This document shows positions 13,869 through 25,516 of a DNA stretch of 64,000 nt, piece after piece (positions within the stretch are counted from its first letter, which is position 1; each line of letters starts with the position of its first letter). Under the pieces are notes generated by a model that was not told where the DNA came from, made no database searches, and saw nothing but the letters and a program-made list of their open reading frames with translations. The translations under genes and the position numbers were made by a program. This DNA comes from Botryllus schlosseri (lineage: Eukaryota). Location: NCBI GenBank assembly GCA_051294905.1, contig CM119372.1, forward strand, positions 21,082,001 through 21,146,000, given 5' to 3'.

Positions 13869-14878
13869 AAGTGGTTTCGATTGTTCGTGGTAAAATAAGG
13901 TTGTGTATATGTCATCGTATGTATTTATTTATGGTTATATTCCTGATGTAGATTGCTTTACTCGTTGTATCCAGCTAAATAAACGTACTTATGTTTAGAA
14001 ATTTCTATGGTCACAATGACTTGGATAAGGCGATTGTCATGTCATTAACAATTTGACTTGGGTATGATACCGTTTATCCTGAGGGAGTTTTCTGATGCTG
14101 TCTTCTTACTCCGTACCTTCAGTTTCAGGTCACCGTATATGCAATGATACAAATACACATTGCAGTTTGCTTTTATTACTAATGTTGGATAGCAACAAAC
14201 TGGCATATTTTACGTGTACAGAAATAACCACGCTGTCAAAAGATGTATAATGCCAGTTCAGTTATATGTATCTATAGGAAGTAAGGGCATCTACGATTGC
14301 CAGCTTGAAGTTATTATCGGAGCGTGCCTCAGAATTACCTATCCTGGATTCAAAATCTTCATACTGCAATGGAGCTGATGTGAATGCTGTAACTGCCAGC
14401 TACGTTGCTGATGGAGAAAATTCAGCATCATGGGACATATCAAAAGGCACTGCTGAAATCAATTGAATGCCATTGTGGTTATTCTACGTATTTATTGTTT
14501 CAGCGCATTTAAATAAATCCAAAAAAGAGAAAGTAAAGATATGTCTGATATGTGTAGCGATGGGGTAGTGATTTCTGAAGAAGTGACTGAATGAGTTCAT
14601 TGAATGAGAGGAACAAGAAATGCATGGGTCCTTATTCGGATGTAGCTAGAATTGCCTAATTCACAGTGAAATTGAGGCTATGTTGGTTACAGCAATCCCT
14701 GCACAGTGGGAGTTCATAATAAATATTAATTTCATCGAATCAATACGGCACAAGATACAATCTAGATGGCGTAGATGTATTTGATCATAATTACACCTAT
14801 AGCCAGTGGTGGCTTTTGGGGTGGGCGAGGTGGGCGGTCGCCCAGGGCCCCCCCTGTTTGAGGAGGGCCCCCCCTCCT

Positions 14879-15029
14879 CGGTTTACGCGCTTTTTTCCAA
14901 CTATTTCTCCGGTTTACGCGCTTTTTACCAACTATTTCTCCGGTTTACGCGCTTTTTACCAACTATTTCTCCGGTTTACGCGCTTTTTACCAACTATTTC
15001 TCCGGTTTATGCGCTTTTTTCCAACTATT
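14879..15029. repeat. 31-bp minisatellite, ~5 copies (CGGTTTACGCGCTTTTTACCAACTATTTCTC)
   Basis: Unit starts at 14879, 14910, 14941, 14972 and 15003. Confidence 0.97.
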
Positions 15030-16105
15030 ACCATTTTCTAAATAACCGTGGAAATCCTTGTATCCATGAAGAATACGGTAGGAGTACCGTAAAAAGGCAT
15101 GAATCATAATTCTCATTTTTTAAGTTATCATTTTTTGAATAACCATGAAAATCCATGCACCCATGTAGAATATGGTCTCGTGAACAGTTGTCGATCATCA
15201 AATTTCTGCGCGCGTTAAAAGAGCTTACTTTGATTTTGTGAGGGAAGCCCCCCCTACATTTATGCGATTTTTGGTTATCATTTTGCGAATAACCGTGAAA
15301 ATACATGCAGGCCTACCCATGTAGAATATGGTAGGTCAGCCGTAAACAGTGGTCGATCATTGAATTTCTGCACTGGTTAGAAGAGCTTACTTTTTTATGG
15401 GAGACCCCTCATTTACTCAATTTATAGTTATCGTTTTACGAATAACCGTGGCAACACATGTAGGCCTACCCATGTAGTACCGTAAACAGTTTTCGATCAT
15501 CAAATTTCTGTGCGCGGTAGAAGAGCTTACTTTGATTTTATAAGGGGGGCTTCTACATTTACGCGATTTCTGGTTATCATTTTGAAAATAACTGAAAATA
15601 CGCGCAGGCCAACTCATGTGGAATACGGTACTGTAAACAGTTGTCGATCATTAAAATTCGGCACGCGTTCAGCGTGCGAGCTCACTTCGATTTATGAGGG
15701 GCCCCTCCTAGATTTACGCAATTTTTGGTTATCATTCTGCGAATGACCGTGAAATATATGTACACATGTAGAATATGGTACCGTAAACAGTTGTTGATCA
15801 TTAAATCCTGCACGCGTTGTAGGAGATTACTTCGATTTATGAGGGGGCCCCCTACATTTACGCAATTTTTGGTTATCATTTTGTGAATAACTGAAAATAC
15901 ATGCAGGCCTACCCATGTAGAATATGGTACTGTAAACAGTTGTCGATAATTAAATTTCTGCACGCGTTATAAGAGCTTACATATATTTTAGGAGGGGGGC
16001 CCCTGCTACATTTATGAAATTTATAGTTATCGTTTTGCGAATAACCGTGAAAATATATGTACCCATGTAAAATATGGTACCGTAAACGGTTGTCGATCAT
16101 CAAAT
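15030..16105. repeat. ~150-bp diverged tandem satellite, ~7 copies
   Basis: AATAACCGTGAAAATAC...CCCATGTAGAATATGGTACCGTAAACAGTTGTCGATCAT motif recurring at ~15041, 15138, 15288, 15441, 15587, 15742, 15886 and 16040. Confidence 0.92.
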
Positions 16106-19100
16106 TGGTGATTTGTGTGAGAGACGCGATCGCATCCGCTAACATAAAATTTTGTCGTGAATGATTATCACTTCCAGTATATTTTTGAATAATATTCAAC
16201 ACCTTTTTCTCATTGCTACAAAATTACAATAACATTCACAAGAAACTACTACAGTGTATACAGGAAGTATACATTTTCAGTGACTGGTGCATCTCATTCA
16301 TTTTCAGTAATAGGCTAACTCCATGTCAGTAGCCCTAAAACAATTAAATGGTTTATTTCAATTTTTAGATTTGACAGAAATTTGGATTAGGTGATTTTGA
16401 AATATATCCGAGTAGCCTACATCACAATTTCAAGTTTTTAAATTCAATATCCAGCTTTTCAAGCCAGCGCCGGCTCATTCAATCGTACAATTTATAGAAT
16501 TTTTGGTAGGTCTGTACATGAGCTATCTTGTATATAAGTTGATCTAATATATCATTCAAGTTACAATTTAGCTTTTTTGTGTACTGCACTCAAGTTTAAA
16601 GTTATTTCTAGTGAAAATCATTGCAGTATCCATCTCATTTCTGTCAACTCGAAAATTTTCATGACTAGTCATCATATGGAGGCTATTATAAGAATGTTGA
16701 AAAATGAGTTTTTATTGACTATATAATTTTTAAGTTGTGACAGCAATGTATGTTGTAGGCAGAAGTAGGCGATTTGGATAATGTTTAGTTCCTCTTGAAA
16801 CTAGCCTTCGAAATTTTCGTGTGGACAGTGTTGCGCCAACAATATTTGAATTTGACGCTGTGTATGACTTGATTTTGAAAATTATTATGAGCCTAGTTTT
16901 GACCCCTTACCTCATTTTATTGTCAGGTTCAAGAGCTTCTTCTATTCTATCTTTAGGCGTTTAGACGAGGTTGTCTGGTTAAGCTGTTTTATGACCGGCA
17001 CCATTGCAAGGATTCATTGTAAAATTTACCATAAACATGCAGCTGTCTTGGTTGGGTAACTTCTGGGACAAGTGGTGATTTGTAATATACCGGTATTTGT
17101 TCTTTTCTGCAGGTACTTTTGCTGTGTTAGCTGTTAGGAATAAATCATTTTTCTTTCACTGTACAAATATAGTCCTTGTTGAATGATCCAGTAATAATTC
17201 TTGATGACCATAAACTCCTCTTGGTTGAGTCATCTTGTCAAAGAAGGGAAGTCATTGTTGTTTGTTGTTGTTTTGAGTATTCATGAATCATGATGTCTCG
17301 ACTGCTTCGGTAAGTTTACACCAAGCCAATATCATTTTGTACCCGTATGATAGTTTCCATTTAGTTGTTCTTTTTTACTTTTGGTGTCATATTTGCTATC
17401 ATCATTTTGATTTCTACTTATTTGAAGAACTAAATGCATCAATTCAATTGTCCGGTCATAGTAGTTCATTCATTGGAAGTTTCAATTCTATGGATGTGTT
17501 CTATAAACTTCATTCTTTGGTCACCTTCATAATCGATTAGCTCTTGGTCCGCATTCTGCTTATATATTTTGAGCTGAGTCAAGTCAAGTCACCAAAATGT
17601 CACGATTCGAGTCATTGGAATCCTGCCATCGTTTCCTTGAAAAAGTATGAACTTTTTCTTTTTTAGTTTCTATTGCCACTGTATTTGTGATTACTTTCAC
17701 GCATGAAAATCTCATCTTGAACTTGAATGACACAGTTGCCTTTTATAGTAAATAGTTACACACAGCATCGACATTCCGTATAGTATTACAGAAACTGTAG
17801 ACATGCAATATATAATACTTGCATGGAGAGGCGAGGGGGGTCTGGGGGGCGGAGCCCCCCAGAAGCTGCGTTTATGGATATATGGGGCCCCCCCTGGAAG
17901 TTTCGCCCAGGGCCCCCCCAATCCTAGGGCCACCACTGCCTATAGCTACCCATATTCGTGTGTACATGAAGCTTGGCTCGTTTTGCACTTTCATGAAACC
18001 AGAAATTAGATTAGATTCAAAACTAACTGGACATGTGAACATTTCAACACAGTTTTTCTGCCCATGATACTTGCCTTCCCTACTAGATGAAGCACTCGAA
18101 CCTGGCTTTAGATCAACCATTTCTGTGGTCACACGCAATAACGCGCTGTACTGCCTCATCACACGAAATACCGCGCTGTACTGTCTCGTACCAAAATGCT
18201 GAACTTTCGTTTTCAGAAACACCAGCTTCAGTTATGAGAAACGAATTTTTCTATCAAAATAACAACATAAAAAAATAAAAACAGAAATAAATTAATTAAT
18301 CGTGATCGACTTTAGGTCGCCTTCGGCGTAATTAACGGTGATCTGAAAGTAAAATGTGGGATAAGTTAGGGCTTAATATCTGCGAACGAGGTATAATAAA
18401 CGAACCGATTCTGATCTTAGTTCGAATTTAATGGAATTTCTTCTCTTACGCAGCACAGGCACAGTCACATTGAAGGCCACCCCACTGCGGGGCCTGTCGT
18501 TTTGGGGCACTGTTCAAGATAAATGAACTAAAATATGAGAAATTGTTCACTTGAAGACACATTGATCGACATACCTTGATGTCACGACAACGTTTTTCTC
18601 TACAGTGGGGGGTAAGTCCCATATGATTCGAGCTCTGAAAAATAGTATTAAATGTAAATGCAAGTAATAATGACATATTCATTGGGATACCTTTAAGCCG
18701 TTGTATCTTCCGGTTTCGGTCTATTTTCTTCCTTTTTTCTCCATTTTTTTCTTCAGTTTTTTTCTTCATACACAAATGATAATTTATCAATATCCACATC
18801 CATAATTAATAATCTTCTGTGAAGATACGAAAAACGGTTAGTACAGAATTACAATAATGAAAATTCTGCGGCATATGAAGAAAGTGGCCTCAACATTGAG
18901 GGAAGCGAAAAGGATACCAAAATGCTCAACTATGCTGGACAAAACCGTGCGGCCCTGAATTATACCTTTCCTTCTTGTCCTACCTCCAACCTTCACGACA
19001 ATTTTAAGCAAGGATTGAGTACTAAGCTAGTTATTGGCTGAACTTCCCATACAGAATACAAACAGTGACCTGGCTGGTCATGCTATTACAGGTATACTGA

Positions 19101-20465
19101 TGAACTGACATGGTGCTGGGACTGCTGATATAGTCTGCTCTGATCATACCAACATCCATATACTTGTGACAAAATGTTCTGGTATAATGACACTTTAACA
19201 TGGCCTATTCATTAATGCTGTGGCTTATCTGGACATTGATTGACTGTGATGTTCAGGAGATATTAAAAATAGAAACTGATTCTTCGAAGATAGTCTTGCT
19301 GCCCTGCATATTCTGCCATTCACTCACCGGTGAAATGTTCTTGGATGCCGGCGCTTTACCAAAGACTCTTCATCGCTACTACCATCGCTATTACTTCTCA
19401 TATATGACTCCGTGGATATCTTTTTCTGTCTTTTACTGCACCCATAGGCGCAACAAACACTACCACCAAAACGAGATGTCTTCGAGATGTCGAAATACAC
19501 AGATAACACAAATATAAACACGAGATATTGGGCTGAAACAAATCCTGTTGTCCAAATCCTGTTGTCCAAATGTTGCGATGATTATTCATTCAAAGCTCCA
19601 TTCGTATAAAATACTACAAACCCAATACGAATCAAATATATTTTAAAACTGGACGTTTTTCCACAATGATATATATACAATGATTGGAAACTGCCACGCC
19701 CCCTAACGCTGTAAGGTTTACTCCCGCCGAAATCAGCGTGTGCGCGGATAAGGTTGACTGCATACACTTCATTGAGTAATGTTGACCGTGGTGGAGTACT
19801 GCTATCACCTTTGCTGGCAGTTATTCCACTGTTTTTTCGTTTGTTGGTTGATTGTTAACAGGTTTTGCGAGCATAGTGAGACAGTACTGCATACTAAGGT
19901 CTAATCAAACTTCCGTCAATGCGCAATATTCAGGTACTGACTAGCTGCTTAGGTTTTTGCACCTGTGGATGAGCGTAAAAAATCTTGGGAAATTAGGACA
20001 GATTGAGATTCGAACATTTGTAAGCATCAATTACGCCATCTGATATCTTGAAAGCGAAACTGATTAAGATGCTTTTGTGATTAATCTTATTGCTGGAGGG
20101 GGGCCAACCTGAAAATTCGATGAGACCCATTTAACAGAAAGCAATTTTATAGAAGGCTACTATAATATTTATAACTCTTTTTTCTCACTAATAGTTGATT
20201 GATGAATACTTAGTTGCGTCAGATGTGAGATAGTGTTGCATACCAGGGTGTGCTATAACCTCTGCCAATGCGCATTTGTTTAAAGTTCCAGCAAAGCGTT
20301 TTTGCACTGGCGCCAAATATGAATGGGCGGAAAACCTTGAGAAATTTATAAGGAGCATGCGTCAAGATCGTGGCTGGCTCTATTGTACACAAAAAGACGA
20401 TTTAAAGATCGAACTTCATTCGCGTCATCTGATTTGTTGAAAGGTGAGGAAATGATTCCATACTG

Positions 20466-21397
20466 CAGTGTTGGGATCAAGTCACTACCTTCGAGTCACG
20501 AGTCATTTCGAGTCATTGCACATTTTGACTCGAGTCAAGTCAAGTCAATCGATTTTCGAAGGTGACTCGAGTCAAGTCAAGTCACTTGATTTTTGGAGGT
20601 GACTCGAGTCAAGTCGAGTCAAGTCAAGTCAAGTCACGAGTCAAGTCACAATTCAAGTCAAATTGCCTTTTCAAAGAATGAGGCATGATTACGTCATTGA
20701 ATTATGCTAGCTCTGGGAAATAGAGATTGAGTGCTCATTAATTTTGAATCGATGAACGAATATATAGTTCAATACACTCAAGAAGGCGCTTTATAGCTAA
20801 ACGACGTAAGTAATTGCATATTCTCAGTTTATAGTTACCAGCCAAAATAGTCAATAAAGAAACGAATTTGATAAGATGCAGTACATTACCCATTTACAAA
20901 TTGATATAATACAAATCGAGCCTGTGACAATGGCTGAGGACTATATAAACTATATTCGAATTCAATTTCAATAAAATAAGAGGCTTCGTCAAGGTAAGAA
21001 CAGAGAACAGAAATATATATTTTGCTATTAAATGACTTTACTATACTAGTTTACGACAACGTAAGCTATAAGCTTCGATCCCTTCGTTTGCGGTCAATTT
21101 ATTTGTGTGAGAACAATGGAGGCTCAGTAAAACTCACGATCATTGAATGATTGGTCGCTCTCGCGGGTTACACTAGCGTTTCGCGAACAATCCGAACATA
21201 TGCAAGTTATAGTGATTTTATCGACACCGATTACTTGATGACTTGAAATTGACTCGTGAATTTTTGTCCGAGTCACGAGTCAATCCACATTTTGGATACG
21301 CCAAGTCAAGTCATTTTAGCAAAGTGACTTGAGTCAAGTCAAGTCATACGAAAGAGGTGACTCGAGTCAATTCATGACTCGAGTCATCCCAACACTG
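20466..21397. mobile_element. hAT-type MITE with GACTCGAGTC/GTCAA subterminal repeats, nested in the P element
   Basis: TIR CAGTGTTGGGAT...ATCCCAACACTG. TSD CCATACTG / CTATACTG (7/8 match). Confidence 0.88.
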
Positions 21398-21726
21398 CTA
21401 TACTGTAGCCTACTCTTCATCATTGCATAAGCACTACAGAGTGGTGGGCTACCTTGACTATATATTTTGATTCCCATGGTAGTTGACTGGTAAGCTGATG
21501 TAACGAGTTTCGTTTTAATGTCTAATGCATTTGCTCTTGCGTATAGGACACAAATCGATCAATTTGCAAATTGGAGCAATTCCAACCTTAAATTTGCCTG
21601 TAAATTGGCTAGATTGTGTTCTCATGACTTTATAGCTGTGTCGAAAACTTCATCGCGAATATTTCAGCAATGCTGTTCACGGTGATGTTTCATGTGTCTA
21701 ACTACTTCTGATTTTTTGCATTTTCA

Positions 21727-22490
21727 GTGAAAGAGAATATTGCATTCCGTACAACGAAAGACGGAATGGTAGGATTCGTTGATCTTGGGGAGTCGAGGCC
21801 TGTAAATGATGATGAACCAGCTACACACGCTCTTCAAGTTTATGCCAGTGGCCTGGTAACGTCTGTTTCCAAACCCTTGGCATACTGCGCAACAAAGTCG
21901 GTGGCTTCATTTCGACTTTCGAGTAGGCCTATATTCAGGAAATGTGTCGGCATCTTGGAGGATTGTGGATTTCGGGTAGCTGCGTTTGTTGCTGATGGAC
22001 TCAGTGCAAATCGCAAGATGTTACAAGAGCGTACGCAACAACCTCTACGCCAGCCGCACTGGTGGTACGAAACTTCTCAACAAGGATGGTAAATTTATTC
22101 GATGGCGGCATTTTACGGCTGTTTGAACTGACGGAATTGAGATGCGGCAAATTGACGGATGCACATTTTCGTATGCAAAGCTTGGCAAAGATGCGGGAGA
22201 TTTTTGCAGCTCAGCTCAGCTTCTGCGAGCAGGAGAGGTGACGCTAAAGAAGCTTCTGCATGGTTTGCAGGTATTTACAAGTGGTTCGACATTATGAATA
22301 CATCAACCAAGTTCAGCTACAACGCCGACTTGAAGCCATATTGCAGTCCAGACGATTCACGCCTGGACTGGCTGGAAAATGATTTCTTGCCTAAAATGCG
22401 AAAATGGAGAGATTCTTGTGCTGAAGGAACAGCAACTTAGAAAACCAAAAAATTCTTGAGTCTCGATAACCATTTATGCATTTAATAACC
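21727..22490 (+). pseudogene. P-element/THAP9-like transposase remnant
   Basis: Motifs VKENI..GFVDLG..ATHALQVYASGL...KPLAY...ILEDCGFRVAAFVADGLSANRKM and KWFDIMN...KPY.SPDDSRLDWLENDFL..W. Interrupted by frameshifts and stops. Confidence 0.88.
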
Positions 22491-24461
22491 ATGGACTGGA
22501 CAGGTACGGTCAAATAGCCGAATCCTTATTCTGCACTACAGATATTAATGAATTTGGTGACACCTTGATATCATATAAAATTACGGAAAAAGAATGTTCC
22601 CCATCCTACCAATGATTCGGGCAAGAGCAAGCAAAGATGGACAAACAGCTAAACAAGGCAGATTTCATCAAGAGTAGATACGGCATCGTTCGGGTCGTAT
22701 TTGGCCATTCTTGAGCCAACGAAAGCGAGTGTACTGCTGCATTATTAAGGACATCATCCAAATACTTTTCCCAAGTTGAAGATGACAAAAATTGATATCT
22801 AGCACTGTTATTGTTTAACAAATCACGCATAAGCTGTTTTTGTTGTCCACATGGTTATTTTTGCATTGGTCTAGTTCTGTACAGTTGCATATTAATGTTA
22901 CTTTTTTCAAATGCCTGCATCATTATTTCGGTCATATACACATGAATTAGGGATTTGAGGATTTAATTATGTATTCGTAAATGTTCTATCTGTGAAGTGT
23001 ATGTATCTTCCTCATTTCTTTACATGACATGATGAAATCCTGAAAATTAAATTCTGTATTGTAAGGCATCGAGATTTTGTGGAATGATCATGGATAGGTG
23101 ACTTTTTTCAGAGGTGGGTAATGTATGCAGCATTGCTACTGAAGTAGTGGAAGTATTGCTACAATGATTTACTCAGGTTCATATAGAAGTAGCGAAAATA
23201 TAAATGTGTATAGTACTTTTAAAAAGTTGTAAAAGTAGATTTGGTTGTTCGCTCGGAGTCAGTTGGAAATAGTCACTTTTGAAATTGCAGGGTTAAGCTT
23301 AGTGACTGCCGCAAAATGGCCATTGAATATGTGCGTGCTATTTTCAAAAACCTTCAAAACTCAAGAGATCTAGATATCCCCGGAAAAAAAAAAGTTGTGA
23401 TGTTTTTGTTTGGTGAGTAGTATGAAAACACAATCACCCGCGGAAGTAGGCAAACCTACTCGAGTACTCAAAATAACTAGAATTACTCCTTTAAAAACTA
23501 CGTCTGCTTGATATTTAATTATATATGATGTTATTGATGTAGGAATATGATGGAAAAGCGACACCTCAAGTTGGAATGAAGGTTGTGTCACTTGCAACAA
23601 AGGTTGAACGTCCGCGACTGTGTGAACATAAGCCTCGTTGGTCGTCGCAAGGCTGCATCACGGGGATTGCGTATAATTGCGAGTCGTCAATGTGTGAATT
23701 GGATTTACGATACGCGCATGACGCGCGAAATTTATCTTGTGAACTAGGTGTACGACTGTACGTGTACGTGAATCAACGTTTATATGGCAGCGGTCCGCTA
23801 GCATAATCAGAAGAAAAATGCCAGACGCGAGAAAGAAATGCGCTTTTAAAGCTATTCAACACGTTAACGCTAATTGCCACTGATAAATATACCCAATGAA
23901 TTATATATCATCGCTAGTTCCTCAAAGAAGTATTGCTGAGGAAACCTTTGTTTACAGCACAACTGTGTATGCGATGAAGCGTGACCAGGAACACGCTGAA
24001 ACGCAGAGCTTACGGTAGTTTCCAATCATTGTATATATATCATTGTTTTTCCATAAGCGCCTGTACTAAGTCGTCCAGCCTACTACCCACAATGCATCTG
24101 CGACATGGTGACCACGCAAATTTGCTTAGCCGGAGATGGCAGTAGTTCGGGGCTTGGTTCTGAAGCATAAAATGGCGTATTTATTGTGATAGCTATATAG
24201 TCATCGTCTCATCGGTTCATTAAATTGCGAAGCTGGTACACCCCTGTACTCCCCATCCGAGTGGTACACCCTTTCAAAATTATGGTACACCCTGGGGTGT
24301 ACAAATCACCCGGTTGAAGAGCACTGGTTTAACGTACACCAGCGGCATGTATTAAAGTGCGCTTTCGTGCGACGATGACGACATCGATATGGAGCAATTA
24401 TGACGTCACAAGACTTCACCACCTCGCAAAAAAGTAAAAGTCGGCGCATATGTGTATAATG

Positions 24462-24752
24462 CAGTGGTTCTCAACCTTTTTTTAGACACGCCCCCCTTTA
24501 TGATAGTGAAAAATTTCGCGCCCCCCTTATCGTCATATCACAAAATCCAACCGGGATGCTAGCAACCCCAACAGACTGTTTGATGGCATGGAAGGTTATG
24601 ACTGTTGATGAGAGAATTCAAAAATATGAAATTCAGTCTCTATATAGAGAAACACTCGTGAACTGGAGGTAAATCGCGCAGAGCGCGAAAAAAAATTTCA
24701 GTTGACCGCTTCTTCGCGCCCCCCTTCAGATGCTTTCACGCCCCCCAGGTTG
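24462..24752. mobile_element. hAT-type MITE (CAGTGGTTCTCAACC family), right end eroded
   Basis: Same family as 53938-54213, which matches in inverted orientation over most of its length. Confidence 0.7.
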
Positions 24753-25516
24753 TATGTGTATGTGTATGTATATTCATCCCAGAAGTTATGTTATCATCCA
24801 TTAAGGGTCCAAGACCATCTTCTTATTGCTATATATTCCCATATATTTAATGGGGGTGTTTTACCTCATCAAATTTTGCCCCCTTTTTTCTCACTATTCC
24901 CGTGCCGAGGATCGCAAAGTCTGAACCCGAATGGAGAAGATGTCTTTGCCAATCCGGGAGACGTAACTTGATTTGGTATATATTATTCGGATTATGTGTT
25001 CTAAGTCTGTGCGAAGTTTCAAGGCTGTCACTACACAGCTGGGTTAGAAATTTCGTTATCGGGAGCTGGGCCGGAAAGTTGACCTTTTTTTAGTAAACCA
25101 CCTGCAATGATATATCATTGACCAAATGACCACCTGATAACGTGAAAGAAAACACTGTATTTTTGGCACTGAGCCAGAAATGTGATCTTTTTTAGTCAAC
25201 CTACCACGGTGTGGTAACAATTTACCATTTTTTCAGGATTTTCCTCCGGTTTTGCAAGCCTGAAAACTTTGCAAAAGTGTCCTCTTTTCAGATTTCCAAA
25301 ATATGGTAACCCTAAATGGAATGGCAGTGACCACTGAGCTGGCAGCTACCTATTTTGCAGCTTCGTTCCGCTTCGCTGAGGCTTTATTCAGAATTATTTA
25401 GCGGCTGTGACAAGAGGATTTCTGGCAATCAAAAATTTATCTTCCAGAGCGCATAATTTACTGAATCTGCTCTTCATCGAAAGCTGAACACTGAACAGTG
25501 AACTCTGAACCAAAGT

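Larger units (their letters stand above)
14804..17938. mobile_element. 3.1-kb non-autonomous hAT-type element carrying internal satellites
   Basis: TIR CAGTGGTGGC...GCCACCACTG, subterminal CGCCCAGGGCCCCCC motifs, perfect 8-bp TSD CCTATAGC (14796-14803 and 17939-17946). Confidence 0.9.
19664..24045 (+). mobile_element. P-element superfamily transposon (4.4 kb, defective)
   Basis: 29-bp perfect TIR CAATGATATATATACAATGATTGGAAACT. Perfect 8-bp TSD TTTTTCCA (19656-19663 and 24046-24053). Internal P-type transposase remnant. Confidence 0.92.

Noticed and set aside
14806..16202. ORFs with repeated peptides (ISPVYALF..., YHILHG...)
   Set aside because: Translations of the 31-bp and 150-bp satellites. 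The unit lengths do not preserve frame.
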